A DNA stretch of 64,000 nucleotides. Source: Hyphomicrobiaceae bacterium (GTDB taxonomy: Bacteria; Pseudomonadota; Alphaproteobacteria; Rhizobiales; Hyphomicrobiaceae). A model generated the notes under the pieces. The model was given only the letters and a program-made list of their open reading frames with translations. It made no database searches and was not told the origin of the DNA. Location: NCBI GenBank assembly GCA_965224225.1, contig CBDCZF010000025.1, positions 171,137-235,136 on the forward strand, written 5' to 3'. The translations under genes and the position numbers were made by a program. Shown in pieces: positions 49,918-62,711 of the stretch. Numbering within the stretch: position 1 is the stretch's first letter; each line of letters begins with the position of its first letter.

Positions 49918-51297
49918 TTGGCAATGGCCGAGTTTGATTTCGACTTGTTTGTGATCGGCGCCGGTTCGGGCGGTGTTCGGGCGGCGCGGATCGCAGCCGG
50001 CCATGGCGCCCGGGTAGCGATCGCCGAGGAATACCGCTACGGCGGCACCTGCGTGATCCGCGGCTGCGTGCCAAAGAAGATCCTGGTCTATGCCAGCCGC
50101 TTTCGCGATGACTTCGAAGAAAGTGCCGGATTCGGCTGGTCACTGGACGGCAAACCTGGCTTCGACTGGTCAACGCTGATCACCAACAAGGACAAGGAAA
50201 TCGATCGCCTCGAGAAAATCTACAAAGACACGATCCTTGGCGGCGCCGGCGTCGAGACATTTTCCGAGCGGGCCGTGCTCGAGGACGCCCACACCATCCG
50301 GCTGACCACCAGCGACCGGCGCATCACCGCCGATAAGATCCTGGTCGCCACGGGTGGTGAGGTAAACTTCGACGTTGGGATCGATGGCGTTGAACATGCC
50401 ATTACCTCGAACGAGGCATTTCACCTCGACCGCCTGCCCGAGCGCATCATCATCGTCGGGGGCGGCTACATCGCAGTTGAGTTTGCCGGCATCTTCAATG
50501 GCCTGGGTGCAGAGACCACGCTGGTCTACCGGCGCGACAAGATCCTGCGCGGCTTCGATGAGGACCTGCGCGACGGGCTCACCGAGGCGATGCAGGCGCG
50601 TGGGGTCAACATCGTAACGAACGGCGTGTTCGCCAGCTTCGAGAAAACAGCAGCTGGCCTCAAGGGTACCTTGACGAATGGCGACGTTCTCGAAGCCGAC
50701 CAGATCATGCTCGCGATTGGCCGTGTGCCGAACACGAGAGAGCTGGGTCTCGAAGCAGCGGGCGTCGAACTCGGTCAATTCGGTGAGGTCAAGGTGTCAG
50801 CAGACTCGCAATCGAGCGTGCCGAACATCTACGCTGTCGGCGACGTCACCGATCGCGTCGCCCTGACGCCGGTCGCGATTCGCGAAGGCCATGCCTTCGC
50901 CGACAGCATTTTCGGCAAGACGCCGAGGATCGTCGACCATGAAACGATACCGACGGCCGTGTTCTCGACGCCCGAGATCGGCACAGTTGGCCTGACCGAG
51001 GCCGAAGCCCGCGAGAAGTATGGCCGGATCGACATCTACAAGACCCGCGTCCGGCCAATGCGCGCCACGATCTCAGGAGGAGACGAACGCATGCTCATGA
51101 AGCTGATCGTCAAGGCCGACGACGACAAAATCGTCGGCTGTCATATCCTCGGGCCGGATGCCGCCGAAATGGTCCAGATCGTCGGCATTACGCTGAAGAT
51201 GGGGGCGACCAAAGCTGACTTCGATGCGACCATGGCCCTGCATCCGAGTGCGGCGGAAGAACTGGTCACAATGCGCGAGAAATGGCAGCCGGCATGA
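49918..51297 (+). CDS. gor: glutathione-disulfide reductase
   Basis: 'DLFVIGAGSGGV' FAD motif, redox-active 'GGTCVIRGCVPKK', second Rossmann fold, C-terminal dimerisation region. Confidence 0.85.
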   Translation: MAMAEFDFDLFVIGAGSGGVRAARIAAGHGARVAIAEEYRYGGTCVIRGCVPKKILVYASRFRDDFEESAGFGWSLDGKPGFDWSTLITNKDKEIDRLEKIYKDTILGGAGVETFSERAVLEDAHTIRLTTSDRRITADKILVATGGEVNFDVGIDGVEHAITSNEAFHLDRLPERIIIVGGGYIAVEFAGIFNGLGAETTLVYRRDKILRGFDEDLRDGLTEAMQARGVNIVTNGVFASFEKTAAGLKGTLTNGDVLEADQIMLAIGRVPNTRELGLEAAGVELGQFGEVKVSADSQSSVPNIYAVGDVTDRVALTPVAIREGHAFADSIFGKTPRIVDHETIPTAVFSTPEIGTVGLTEAEAREKYGRIDIYKTRVRPMRATISGGDERMLMKLIVKADDDKIVGCHILGPDAAEMVQIVGITLKMGATKADFDATMALHPSAAEELVTMREKWQPA

Positions 51298-51338
51298 ATT
51301 GTGCTTGAGCGATCCTGTCATTTCGATCGGAGTGAGAC

Positions 51339-52094
51339 GTGCAACGGCTTGAGGGCAAAATCGCGCTGGTGACGGGTGCTGCAGCCGGCATCGGCGGCGC
51401 AATCGCGGAGCTGTTCGCAGCGGAAGGTGCCGCGGTCTATGTCTCGGACGTCGATCTGGCAGGTGCAACGGCGCGTTCGGATGCAATCTCGGAGCAAGGC
51501 GGGCGTGCAATCGCGCTTGGCCTCGATGTCTCCAAAGGCCAGGACGTGACTGCCGCCTTCCGCCGGATTGCGGATGACCATGCCCGTCTCGATGTGGTCG
51601 TCAACAACGCCGGCCTCAACGTGCGCAGCGATTTTCGCCATATGAGTGACGCAGATTGGGTGCGCATTCGCGAGGTCAATCTTGACGGTGTCGTGCGCCT
51701 CGCACGTGACGGCTTTGCCCTGATGAAAGCGTCGGGCAATGCCTCGCTGATCAACCTGGCATCGATCATGGGCCATCGCGGCCTGCGCCAGCTTGCCGGT
51801 TACTCGGCAACCAAGGGGGCCGTGGCCGCGCTCACGCGGGCCTTGGCGGTCGAATATGCGCCCTACGGGATTCGGGTTAACGCATTGGCACCGGGTTTCA
51901 TCGACACGGCACTTACCCAGCGCGTGCTGCGCAATCCGATGATCAACAAGGCCCTGCTCGACCAGACACCATTGCGCCGCTTCGGCGAACCGGCCGATGT
52001 CGCCAAGGCGGCCTTATTCTTCGCCTCCGACGATTCTGCCTTCGTCACCGGTGCCGAGTTGGCAGTCGACGGCGGCATGGCAGCCGGCTTATAG
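51339..52094 (+). CDS. SDR-family NAD(P)-dependent oxidoreductase
   Basis: 'ALVTGAAAGIGGAIA' TGxxxGxG, 'NNAG', catalytic 'YSATKGA'. Confidence 0.8.
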   Translation: MQRLEGKIALVTGAAAGIGGAIAELFAAEGAAVYVSDVDLAGATARSDAISEQGGRAIALGLDVSKGQDVTAAFRRIADDHARLDVVVNNAGLNVRSDFRHMSDADWVRIREVNLDGVVRLARDGFALMKASGNASLINLASIMGHRGLRQLAGYSATKGAVAALTRALAVEYAPYGIRVNALAPGFIDTALTQRVLRNPMINKALLDQTPLRRFGEPADVAKAALFFASDDSAFVTGAELAVDGGMAAGL

Positions 52095-52105
52095 GCCCAT
52101 CATGA

Positions 52106-53593
52106 TCAACGCCTGAGCCCCAGCCCGCGCAGGACCGACCGCGTCACGCCCGAGATCATCCGGCGCATGACCGAGCGGCCGACATCGCGTGCGACCTGCT
52201 CGCCGAGCGAACGTCCGCCGCGTGGCCCCCGCCCGAACACGACATTGGCCCAGCTGTTCTTCTTTTCCTCTTCCTCGGCCTTTTCGGCTTCGGCCTGCTT
52301 GGCCGCGGCCGCCCGGCGTTTTTCGAGGATCTCATGAGCACTCTCGCGGTCGAGAGCTTCGTCGTATTTGCCGGCAAAGGGGCTGCGGGCCGTGACTTCG
52401 GCGCGTTCAGCTTCGGTCAATGGTCCGATGCGTCCGTTCGGCGGCCGGATCAGCGTGCGCTGGACGATCGATGGTTCGCCCTTGTTTTCGAGGAACGAGA
52501 CCAGCGCTTCGCCGACGCCGAGTTCGAGAATGACGCGCTCGGTATCGAGATCGGGGTTGGGCCTGAAGGTCTCGGCTGCTGCCCGGACCGCACGCTGTTC
52601 TTTCGGCGTGTAGGCGCGCAGCGCATGCTGGATACGATTGCCGAGTTGCGATGAAACCGTGTCCGGCACATCGAGCGGATTCTGGGTGATAAAGTAGACG
52701 CCGACACCCTTCGAGCGGATCAGGCGGGCAACCTGCTCGACGCGTTCGAGCAAAGCCTTGGGGGCCTCGTCGAATAGCAAGTGGGCTTCATCGAAGAAGA
52801 ACACCAGCTTCGGCTTGTCGGGATCGCCGACTTCGGGGAGTTCGTCCCAGAGCCGCGTCAGCATCCAGAGCAGGAACGTCGCATAGAGCCGTGGTTTCTG
52901 GAAGAGCTTGTCGGCGGCCAACAGATTGATAAATCCGCGACCGTCATAGGTCGTCTTGATCAGGTCCTGAATGTCGAGTGCCGGTTCGCCGAAGAACTGA
53001 TCGGCACCTTGCTCTTCCAGCACCAGCAGGCGGCGCTGGATGGCGCCGACCGAGGCCGAGGCGACGTTGCCGTATTTGGTTGAAAGCTCGCTGCGCCGCT
53101 CGGCAACGTTGATCGCCATCGAGCGCAAGTCGGCGAGATCGAGCATCGCCATGCCCTCGTCCTCGGCGACGCGGAACATGATGTTGAGGACACCTTCCTG
53201 GGTCTCGTTCAGTTCCAGCAGGCGCGAAAGCAGCAGCGGGCCCATATCGGATACGGTGGCTCTGATCGGGTGGCCATGCTCGCCGAATACGTCCCAGAAC
53301 ACGGTCGGATAGCCCTTCCGGCGCGAACGGCGGCAGGCCGACATCAACTGGAGACGCTTGTCGATGAAATCCTTCTGACTGCCTTTGGTCGCAATGCCGG
53401 AGAGATCGCCCTTGATGTCGGAGGCGAAGACCGGCACGCCGGCCGCAGAAAAGCCCTCGGCCAGCACCTGCAGGGAGACGGTCTTACCGGTGCCGGTCGC
53501 GCCCGTGATCAGGCCGTGGCGGTTGGCAAGCTTGAGGTCGAGATATTCCGGCTTGGTGCTCTTCCCGACGAAGATTTTACCTTCTGTCAGCAT
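52106..53593 (-). CDS. DUF853 / HerA-like AAA ATPase (YjgR family)
   Basis: Walker A 'ITGATGTGKTV', Walker B 'LVFFFDEAHLLF', Lys/Arg-rich C-terminal tail. Confidence 0.8.
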   Translation of the reverse strand: MLTEGKIFVGKSTKPEYLDLKLANRHGLITGATGTGKTVSLQVLAEGFSAAGVPVFASDIKGDLSGIATKGSQKDFIDKRLQLMSACRRSRRKGYPTVFWDVFGEHGHPIRATVSDMGPLLLSRLLELNETQEGVLNIMFRVAEDEGMAMLDLADLRSMAINVAERRSELSTKYGNVASASVGAIQRRLLVLEEQGADQFFGEPALDIQDLIKTTYDGRGFINLLAADKLFQKPRLYATFLLWMLTRLWDELPEVGDPDKPKLVFFFDEAHLLFDEAPKALLERVEQVARLIRSKGVGVYFITQNPLDVPDTVSSQLGNRIQHALRAYTPKEQRAVRAAAETFRPNPDLDTERVILELGVGEALVSFLENKGEPSIVQRTLIRPPNGRIGPLTEAERAEVTARSPFAGKYDEALDRESAHEILEKRRAAAAKQAEAEKAEEEEKKNSWANVVFGRGPRGGRSLGEQVARDVGRSVMRRMISGVTRSVLRGLGLRR

Positions 53594-53936
53594 TCTGGTC
53601 CTCTGGATCGTCTGGGCCCGAAGTCGCCGGGCTTTCGCGACTCACGCGATCTCTATGATGGCTCTCTTTGCACGCGATATCGGCCAATGCAATGCCGGTT
53701 GCATGGCGCACCCGTCATGGCACGGATCACTCGTACCTGTCATCGGCACTGAGCAAAACTGGTTAGGTCGCGGCAGCCGCTGCCTGGCCAAATGGCGAAT
53801 TCGCCGGCTTCGCGTGACATCAACCGTCCCGTTGGCCTATAAGCACGCCCACCCGCACTGTTGCGGGATGCAATACTGTTTCAGCCAAGCGTAAACAGAC
53901 CAGTCCGCGTCTGGCGGATGGTTCAAGGAGAACAAG

Positions 53937-55322
53937 ATGTCGGGCGCATGGTCCCCAGAGAGCTGGCGTTCAAAGCCGATCGTGCAGGTGCCGGAATATC
54001 GCGACGCCGCGGCGGTTTCAGCCGTCGAGGCGCGACTGGCAACGTACCCGCCGCTGGTCTTTGCAGGGGAGGCACGTGATCTCAAGCAGTCGCTTGGCCA
54101 GGTCGCGAACGGCGAGGGCTTCTTGCTGCAAGGCGGCGATTGCGCGGAAAGCTTCGCCGAGCACGGCGCTGACAACATCCGGGATTTCTTCCGCGTCTTC
54201 CTGCAGATGGCAGTGGTACTGACCTATGCCGGCGGCTCGCCGGTGGTCAAAGTCGGCCGGATTGCCGGCCAGTTCGCCAAACCGCGCTCATCGCCGATGG
54301 AAAAAAAGGGCGACATCGAGTTGCCGAGCTATCGCGGCGACATCATCAACGGCTCTGAGTTCACCCCCGAGGCACGTGAGCCCGACCCCGAGCGCCAGAT
54401 CGCAGCCTATCGTCAGTCTGCAGCCACTCTCAATCTGCTCCGCGCCTTTTCGACCGGCGGCTATGCCGACCTCAACCGCGTCCATCAGTGGACTCTCGGC
54501 TTCCTTGCCGACAGCCCGCAGGCCGAACGCTACGGCGAGGTGGCGCAGCACATTCAGGAGACGCTGGAGTTCATGCGCGCCTGCGGCATCACACCGGACA
54601 ACACCAACCAGCTGCGCACAGTGTCGTTCTATACCAGCCACGAGGCGCTGTTGCTCGGGTTCGAGCAAGCGCTGACCCGCACCGACTCGACCACGGGCGA
54701 CTGGTACGCAACATCCGGCCACATGGTCTGGATCGGCGACCGCACGCGCCAGCCCGACCATGCCCACGTCGAGTTCTGCCGCGGCATCAAGAACCCCATC
54801 GGTCTCAAATGCGGCCCGTCGCTCGAGCCTGACGAACTGATCCAGCTGATCGATCTCCTGAACCCCGATAATGAACCCGGCCGCCTGACTCTGATTGCAA
54901 GGTTCGGCGACGGTAAGGTCGCAGACCACCTGCCCAAACTGATCCGCAAGGTCGAAGCCGAGGGCCGCAAGGTGGTCTGGTCGTGCGACCCGATGCACGG
55001 CAATACGCTGTCCTCGAACACGGGCTTCAAGACACGGCCCTTTGATCGTATCCTCAAGGAGGTTGAGACATTCTTCGATGTCCATGCCGCCGAAGGAACG
55101 CATCCTGGCGGCGTCCATGTTGAGATGACGGGCCAGAACGTCACCGAATGCACCGGCGGCGCCCGCGCGATCACGGAAGAGGATCTCCAGGACCGCTATC
55201 ACACTCATTGCGACCCGAGGCTCAATGCCGATCAGGCGCTCGAACTGGCGTTCCTGATTGCCGAGCGCTTGAAGGCGGAACGGGCGGCCAAGGGGCGCGA
55301 TAGGGCGGTTGCGGCGGAGTAA
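53937..55322 (+). CDS. aroG: class II 3-deoxy-7-phosphoheptulonate (DAHP) synthase
   Basis: 461 aa with '[11 protein letters not shown]' and other class II (plant-type/AroA-II) signatures. Confidence 0.9.
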   Translation: MSGAWSPESWRSKPIVQVPEYRDAAAVSAVEARLATYPPLVFAGEARDLKQSLGQVANGEGFLLQGGDCAESFAEHGADNIRDFFRVFLQMAVVLTYAGGSPVVKVGRIAGQFAKPRSSPMEKKGDIELPSYRGDIINGSEFTPEAREPDPERQIAAYRQSAATLNLLRAFSTGGYADLNRVHQWTLGFLADSPQAERYGEVAQHIQETLEFMRACGITPDNTNQLRTVSFYTSHEALLLGFEQALTRTDSTTGDWYATSGHMVWIGDRTRQPDHAHVEFCRGIKNPIGLKCGPSLEPDELIQLIDLLNPDNEPGRLTLIARFGDGKVADHLPKLIRKVEAEGRKVVWSCDPMHGNTLSSNTGFKTRPFDRILKEVETFFDVHAAEGTHPGGVHVEMTGQNVTECTGGARAITEEDLQDRYHTHCDPRLNADQALELAFLIAERLKAERAAKGRDRAVAAE

Positions 55323-55412
55323 CAGCGCCGCGGCTTCAATCAAATGCGGCGGCGCCCTTGCGAGCGCCGCCGAACGGAAGACTGCGAATGTCTCGGCCAG
55401 ACGCCGAGACCT

Positions 55413-55676
55413 CTACCGCCGGTCAAACTCCTCGAAATTGCGCTTGAAAACCACGCGGGGAATGTCCGTCCGGCAGGTAATACCGATATCGCGCAGTTCG
55501 CGGTCACTCAGACGGCTGAGATACTCGAAGTCCCGCGCAGCACGCACGGAGGCCTGGTACGACTGAAATGCCCCTGTGATGCGGGCTGCCAGTCGACCAA
55601 GCAGATTGGCTCCCTGTTCGGTGCCATGGTTGATGCTCACCGTCACGTGGGGATTTGCTTGTAGGGCCATGATCAT
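55413..55676 (-). CDS. DUF1127-domain small protein
   Basis: C-terminal 'LSDRELRDIGI' DUF1127 signature. ATG at 55676 follows AAGGAG. Confidence 0.55.
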   Translation of the reverse strand: MIMALQANPHVTVSINHGTEQGANLLGRLAARITGAFQSYQASVRAARDFEYLSRLSDRELRDIGITCRTDIPRVVFKRNFEEFDRR

Positions 55677-55844
55677 GCTCCTTGTTATCCGCCCTGTGGT
55701 TCTGGCCAGGGTCTGTGCACTGCAACATAGAGCGTGATCCGTTATTGAGTAGCGGGGTTTGGTGCAATGGAGGCATGCGTATGCTGCAGCGCAATATGGT
55801 CGCATTGGCAGATTTGTTGGCATGCCACTGTCGGAGGCGCTGCC

Positions 55845-55873
55845 CAAACAAAAACGGCGCCCCGAAGGGCGCC
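55845..55873 (-). terminator. Rho-independent terminator of rpoD
   Basis: GGCGCCC-cgaa-GGGCGCC hairpin followed on the minus strand by TTTTTGTTTG. Confidence 0.6.
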
Positions 55874-55904
55874 GCCAAACAAGCAGGGCACGAACCCAAT
55901 GCCA

Positions 55905-57921
<2,017 letters not shown>

Positions 57922-58069
57922 GCTGTTTATCCTGTTCCGTGGCCGACCGTAAAATCAGCCGCAAACCTCGACATTGGCGCCCATCTCGACGCCGGCGATC
58001 AAGGGCCGCGCGGCCCAACTGTCCCGACTCGCCGCACAATTTCGGGAACGCGCGGCGGCTTAAAAGATG

Positions 58070-59968
58070 TCAATCGATCGCTGCTTCTTTTGGGACAATC
58101 CTGGCAATAAGCCGCTGTAGTTCCAAAATCCGAGCCATCGCGTTTTCGTCGCCCGAGTGGTGGAAATCACGCTCAGCTTCGAGGAGCTGATCACGCAGCT
58201 TTTGCTGGCGATGCAACGCAAGTGTATGGCGCCAGCCCCTCTCGACAGTTGCGCGATCTGCGCCGGGTTCAGCAAATGCGTCACACTTGTGTGTGGCAAT
58301 GCGGTCAAGTTGCTCGAGATTGGGCGCCAGCCCAACCGCTATCAAATGGTTGTGCAAGTCCTGAGTGTCAAGGTTTTTTTCCCAATCGAGCGCAGCCAGG
58401 AGAGCATCACGCAGGGCTCTCAGCGAGGCACTCGAGAGCACGAGATCGGCGAGCTCTTCCGTCTCGTCCTCGATCAGCCAGGGATGGTTGAGAGCCGTGC
58501 GGATGAGCAAGGCTTCGCGATACGTATGGTCGCTATTGCCCGGCGCAACAAGGGCACTGTTCTTGAGGCTTGCCGTATGGCCGACGCTAAACCCAGCGGA
58601 AGACCTCGAGCCAGCATTGGCTGCGGGCGCTCCGAACCGCTTCCAGCCCGCCGCCTGGCCGCCGTATGATTTTTGCTCCGGCCGGTCGTGTCGCGGTGCT
58701 TGGCGCCAGGCACCGCGTAGTTTCTCGAAGATGACACGGTCGTAATGGTTGCGGACGACATCGTCTTGAATGGTGTTCACAAGCTTGCGTAGTTGATTTT
58801 CGAGCTGCGCACGGCGCTCCGGCGTCGTCCAGTCGCCGGACTGCCATTCACGCTCCCAGAGCACATCGGCGAGCGTCCGGCGCCGCTTGAGCACTTGTGC
58901 GATCGCGCCCGGTCCCTGTTCGCGCAGCAGATCATCCGGATCGGCGCCGGCCGGCAGGAAGGCAAACTGCAGGCTGCGGCCGGCGCTGAGGTGCGGCAGC
59001 ACGGTGTCGATGGCGCGATGGGCGGCACGTTGGCCGGCGCTGTCACCATCAAAGCACAGGGTCGGCTCGGAGCACATCCGCCAAAGCAGTTGGACCTGGT
59101 CGGCGGTGAGCGCGGTTCCGAGTGGCGCCACTGCGTGCGCAAATCCGGCCTGGGCAAGGGCGATGACGTCCATATAGCCCTCGACCACCAGCAGATCACC
59201 GGCCTCATGGGCGGCAGATCGGGCCCGATGCGCATTGAACAGCAGGTGGCCCTTGTGAAACAGCGGCGTTTCCGGCGAATTCAGATATTTTGCCGGCTGG
59301 TCTGGATCGAGTGCCCGGGCACCGAAGGCGACGACCTTGCCGCGCGTATCCGTGATCGGGAACGTTATCCGGTTGCGGAAGCGGTCGTAGGGCTCGGCAA
59401 TATCGGCCCCGGCAATTTTGCAGCCACTCTCGATGATCTCGGCATCGGAAAAGCCAGCGTCTCGCAAATGCTGGCTCAACGACGAACGGTGATTGGGTGC
59501 AAAGCCGATCCGGAACGCGGCGATAGTTTCGGGGCTCAGGCCCCGCCGCTCAAGGTAGGTGCGGGCGTGATGGGCACCTGACGTATTGAGTTGATCGGCA
59601 AAGAACCGTGTTGCGGCCTCCATCAGAGCGAGTAATCGGTCACGCCTGTCGCGGACCTCGGGATTGGGCGCCTGATGCTTGGGTAGTACGACACCGGCCT
59701 CATCGGCCAGCCGTTCCACCGCCTCCGGAAACGAGAGGCCCTCGGTCGTCATGAGGAACTTGAAGATGTCACCGTGTTCACCACTCGAAAAGCAGTGGTA
59801 GAAGCCCTTTTGGTCGTTGACGAAGAAAGACGGTGTCTTTTCCGATTTGAAGGGCGAGAGGCCGGCGAATTCACGGCCCTTCTTCTTGAGCGCCACTTTG
59901 CGGGCAACCACGTCGCTGACCGCCAGCCGGGCGCGGATTTCATCGAGGATGTGGGGCGGGTAGAACAT
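58070..59968 (-). CDS. dnaG: DNA primase
   Basis: Zn-ribbon ('FYHCFSSGEHGDIFKF'), TOPRIM ('EGYMDVIAL', 'FDGDSAGQRAA') and C-terminal helicase-interaction region. ATG at 59968. Confidence 0.9.
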   Translation of the reverse strand: MFYPPHILDEIRARLAVSDVVARKVALKKKGREFAGLSPFKSEKTPSFFVNDQKGFYHCFSSGEHGDIFKFLMTTEGLSFPEAVERLADEAGVVLPKHQAPNPEVRDRRDRLLALMEAATRFFADQLNTSGAHHARTYLERRGLSPETIAAFRIGFAPNHRSSLSQHLRDAGFSDAEIIESGCKIAGADIAEPYDRFRNRITFPITDTRGKVVAFGARALDPDQPAKYLNSPETPLFHKGHLLFNAHRARSAAHEAGDLLVVEGYMDVIALAQAGFAHAVAPLGTALTADQVQLLWRMCSEPTLCFDGDSAGQRAAHRAIDTVLPHLSAGRSLQFAFLPAGADPDDLLREQGPGAIAQVLKRRRTLADVLWEREWQSGDWTTPERRAQLENQLRKLVNTIQDDVVRNHYDRVIFEKLRGAWRQAPRHDRPEQKSYGGQAAGWKRFGAPAANAGSRSSAGFSVGHTASLKNSALVAPGNSDHTYREALLIRTALNHPWLIEDETEELADLVLSSASLRALRDALLAALDWEKNLDTQDLHNHLIAVGLAPNLEQLDRIATHKCDAFAEPGADRATVERGWRHTLALHRQQKLRDQLLEAERDFHHSGDENAMARILELQRLIARIVPKEAAID

Positions 59969-60294
59969 GGATCTCGGGCGCGTCGAATGTTGCCCGCCAA
60001 GTCTAAGCGATTCGCAAGGGGCAAGCGGCTCATCCGTGCCAAGCAGCACGATGATGACCGCAATTCACAGTCCCCGCCTAAATGAAGCGATCAACCGGTC
60101 CGGGGGCAAGTGCGGAATGCGTGTGATAGGTAGGCTCTTTGTCCTGCAGCTCAGAAGGCTGGTGCGCGAACTCAAAGTTCAGCCATCACCTCAATTCGCG
60201 AGTTCATCGGTCTGCTATGTCGTTGACTTTGGGCCTGATTTGCTCAGTGTTGGGCTTTACGGCGGTGAGCCACGAGGAGACATTCGCCCACAGG

Positions 60295-61026
60295 TTATCC
60301 CGCAACAACCAGCCTGAAACCGGCATCGTAAGCATCACGTTCGAGCAAGTGCGCGTATCGACGTTTCCACTCTCCGGTTTCGAGATCTTGCTCCAACTTT
60401 TGCAGCCCTTCGTCAGCTGCACTGCCTATGGCCCAGAACGACGAACTGCCTGAACGGACATAGGGGTCAAGGTAGGCCGCAGGCCTACGCCAGTAAGCGT
60501 AGAGGAACCCGTCGGTACAGTCGTGAGGCACCAACACTGGATTGACTTGCACGTTACCGAGCCATCTCTGGTAGTCGGCCATTTGAGGCATTTGGTTCTC
60601 ATCCAGTACAGCCAATTCCGGAAGATAGTCCGTCAGCCACGGTCGCTGCGATGGATCGAAAGTGAGTAGAACAATTGGACCTCGGGTGACCCGACGCATC
60701 TCGCGTAATCCGCGCTTCTTGTCAGGCCAGTGATGAATGGTAAGGATCGCCATTGAGGCGTCGAAACTCTTATCATCGAATGGCAACTCTTCTGCGCTCG
60801 CCTGAATGACTTGAGCTGCAGTCGATCCGCGCTTCTTTATCATTTCACTCGAAGGCTCGACCGCAACAACTGTTCTATTGGTCGGTTCGTAGGAACCCGT
60901 GCCTGCACCAACGTTCAGTACAGTTCGCGATTGCCCGAGAGCATCGTCAATAATCATCGCGATCCGCCGATCCGGACGGCGAAGCTCTGCGTAGTTCAGC
61001 CCTATAGTGTCGTATTTTGCGCTCAT
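60295..61026 (-). CDS. class I SAM-dependent methyltransferase
   Basis: 'VLNVGAGTGSY' motif I, 'FDASMAILTIHHW' (Methyltransf_11-like). ATG at 61026; the tool's longer ORF fuses it with upstream frameshifted DNA. Confidence 0.7.
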   Translation of the reverse strand: MSAKYDTIGLNYAELRRPDRRIAMIIDDALGQSRTVLNVGAGTGSYEPTNRTVVAVEPSSEMIKKRGSTAAQVIQASAEELPFDDKSFDASMAILTIHHWPDKKRGLREMRRVTRGPIVLLTFDPSQRPWLTDYLPELAVLDENQMPQMADYQRWLGNVQVNPVLVPHDCTDGFLYAYWRRPAAYLDPYVRSGSSSFWAIGSAADEGLQKLEQDLETGEWKRRYAHLLERDAYDAGFRLVVAG

Positions 61027-61210
61027 TTGGTCACTTCCCCTTCGTGGAGCGAGTGTTTCACGGCAGAGGATACCCGACGAGGGGACACGCCTACGGCCTT
61101 TGCCTACCATCGGCAACCACTTAGCTGTGCTGAGCGGCAAGATTTTCGGCAAACGGCGGCGGTCACGACGATGCGGTCCGCCAAAGTGAGCTCGACCCGT
61201 CCTGGCCCGA

Positions 61211-61807
61211 TCAGCGACGCCCGAAGCCGGCCGGACGGCGGCGTTCGCCCCAGCCTTCGTTGTCGTTGTTGCGGATCTTCTTGAAGGTGTGGCGCGGCAT
61301 GGTGGAATCGCGCTTCTCATCGACGGCGGCTCCGGCATTTCCGTCATCGCAGCTGTCGCCGAATTCCGGCCCGTAGGCATTCGGCCCCGTTTCGCCTGGG
61401 CACGGATGCAGTAGAGAAACACGGCAATGAACAGAGCACGTGGAATACGCATGCCCTGCTTCATCAGGTACTGCATGTTCGGGTCCTGCAATTCTTTAGG
61501 CCCCGCGTAGCTCGGGTCGATGATGTAAAGGTAAAGCACAACGGCCAGGATCAGCACCGGCACCACGATCAGGCCGTTCGAGCCGGTATCATGCATCCTG
61601 CGACTCAGGATGCAGAACTTGCACCAGATCAGGCCGAGCAGTGAGATCGAATAGAGGTTCCACGGCTGGTTGTCAGCTACAGTCCCATTTGCCCGTAGAT
61701 GTAGATGTGCGCGAAGCCGATCACGCATGCGAGTATGGCGAAATCGAACTGCCCGAGCCTGCCGGCCGGGTTTACCAGTGCAATTAAATAATGGTGCGGC
61801 AAGGCCA
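61211..61807 (-). pseudogene. DUF805-family inner membrane protein gene, interrupted by >=2 frameshifts
   Basis: 'GRLGQFDFAILACVIGFA', then in other frames 'SRRMHDTGSNGLIVVPVLILA' and 'GPNAYGPEF' (DUF805 hallmarks). C-terminal boundary uncertain. Confidence 0.4.
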
Positions 61808-62016
61808 TCGCCGGGCACCCCCAAATCAGTAACCCCACAACAAAACTGTTTTAGCGAAAAGATCTAGCCAAACATTTAAAGCGCCGTCTGACAATCTTTC
61901 AAAATGCCAGCAAACAGGCAGCTGACCGCCGGTTGGCCAATGACATCTTCGCACACAGCCCGAGGACTTCCGTCCTTGCCGGCCCGACGGGCGATGCGGG
62001 AGGTCGATAATGGGTA

Positions 62017-62483
62017 TCAATTGAGCGCAGCTTTAACCAGCGCGCTCGCCTTGCCGAAATCCATCTGGCCGCAAAGCGCTCCTTGAGTGCTGCCATGGTT
62101 CGGCCCATGTCCTTGAGCCCGCTGGCGCCAATTTCGCTGACAACCTCGCTGACGGCCGCTTCAGTCTCGGTTTCGGTCATCTGTTTTGGCAGAAACTCTT
62201 CGATAACGGCAATTTCTGCTATTTCCTGCTCGGCAAGTTCGCTGCGCCCGGCGTCCTGATAGACGGTCGCGGATTCGCGGCGCTGTTTGATCATTTTCTG
62301 GAGCAGCTGCAACAGTTCACCGTCACCAGCCTTGTCCTGGCCGGTCGATTGGCCCTTTGCGTCGACGCGGGAGGCGATGTCGCGGTCCTTGATTGCCGCC
62401 TGGATCAGACGTAGCGTCGACAATCGCTGCTTCTCGCCGGATTTCATTGCGGTCTTGACCGCTTCCGTGATGCGCTCGCGCAT
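62017..62483 (-). CDS. yqeY: GatB/YqeY-domain protein, with a 1-nt frameshift near the 3' end (~62067)
   Basis: 'RERITEAVKTAMKSGEKQRLSTLRLIQAAIKDRDIA...'. Expected tail 'GQMDFGKASALVKAALN*' is in the -1 frame after 'ERFA'. Confidence 0.7.
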
Positions 62484-62711
62484 AGCTCGACTCCTTTGCG
62501 CTGCCTTGAGGCGACGGGATTTAGGCACATTCGCCGTTGCCCACAAGTCGGCGGGTAATTTCTTCCCGATGGCCACGATGTATCATTGATTCACCGTCCT
62601 GGCTCCCATAGGGTCCGCCGACTTTGACGTCATGGAAATGTCGAATTGTGGGGACGGCGTGGCAAAGATGCCGCCCATGGGTCGCCGGCACAATCTGCCC
62701 GGAGAAAGATC

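Noticed and set aside
60295-61824. 509-aa ORF proposed by the six-frame track
   Set aside because: Chimeric: only the C-terminal 244 aa (from ATG 61026 with RBS) form a coherent SAM methyltransferase. The N-terminal part is read-through across frameshifted DUF805 DNA.
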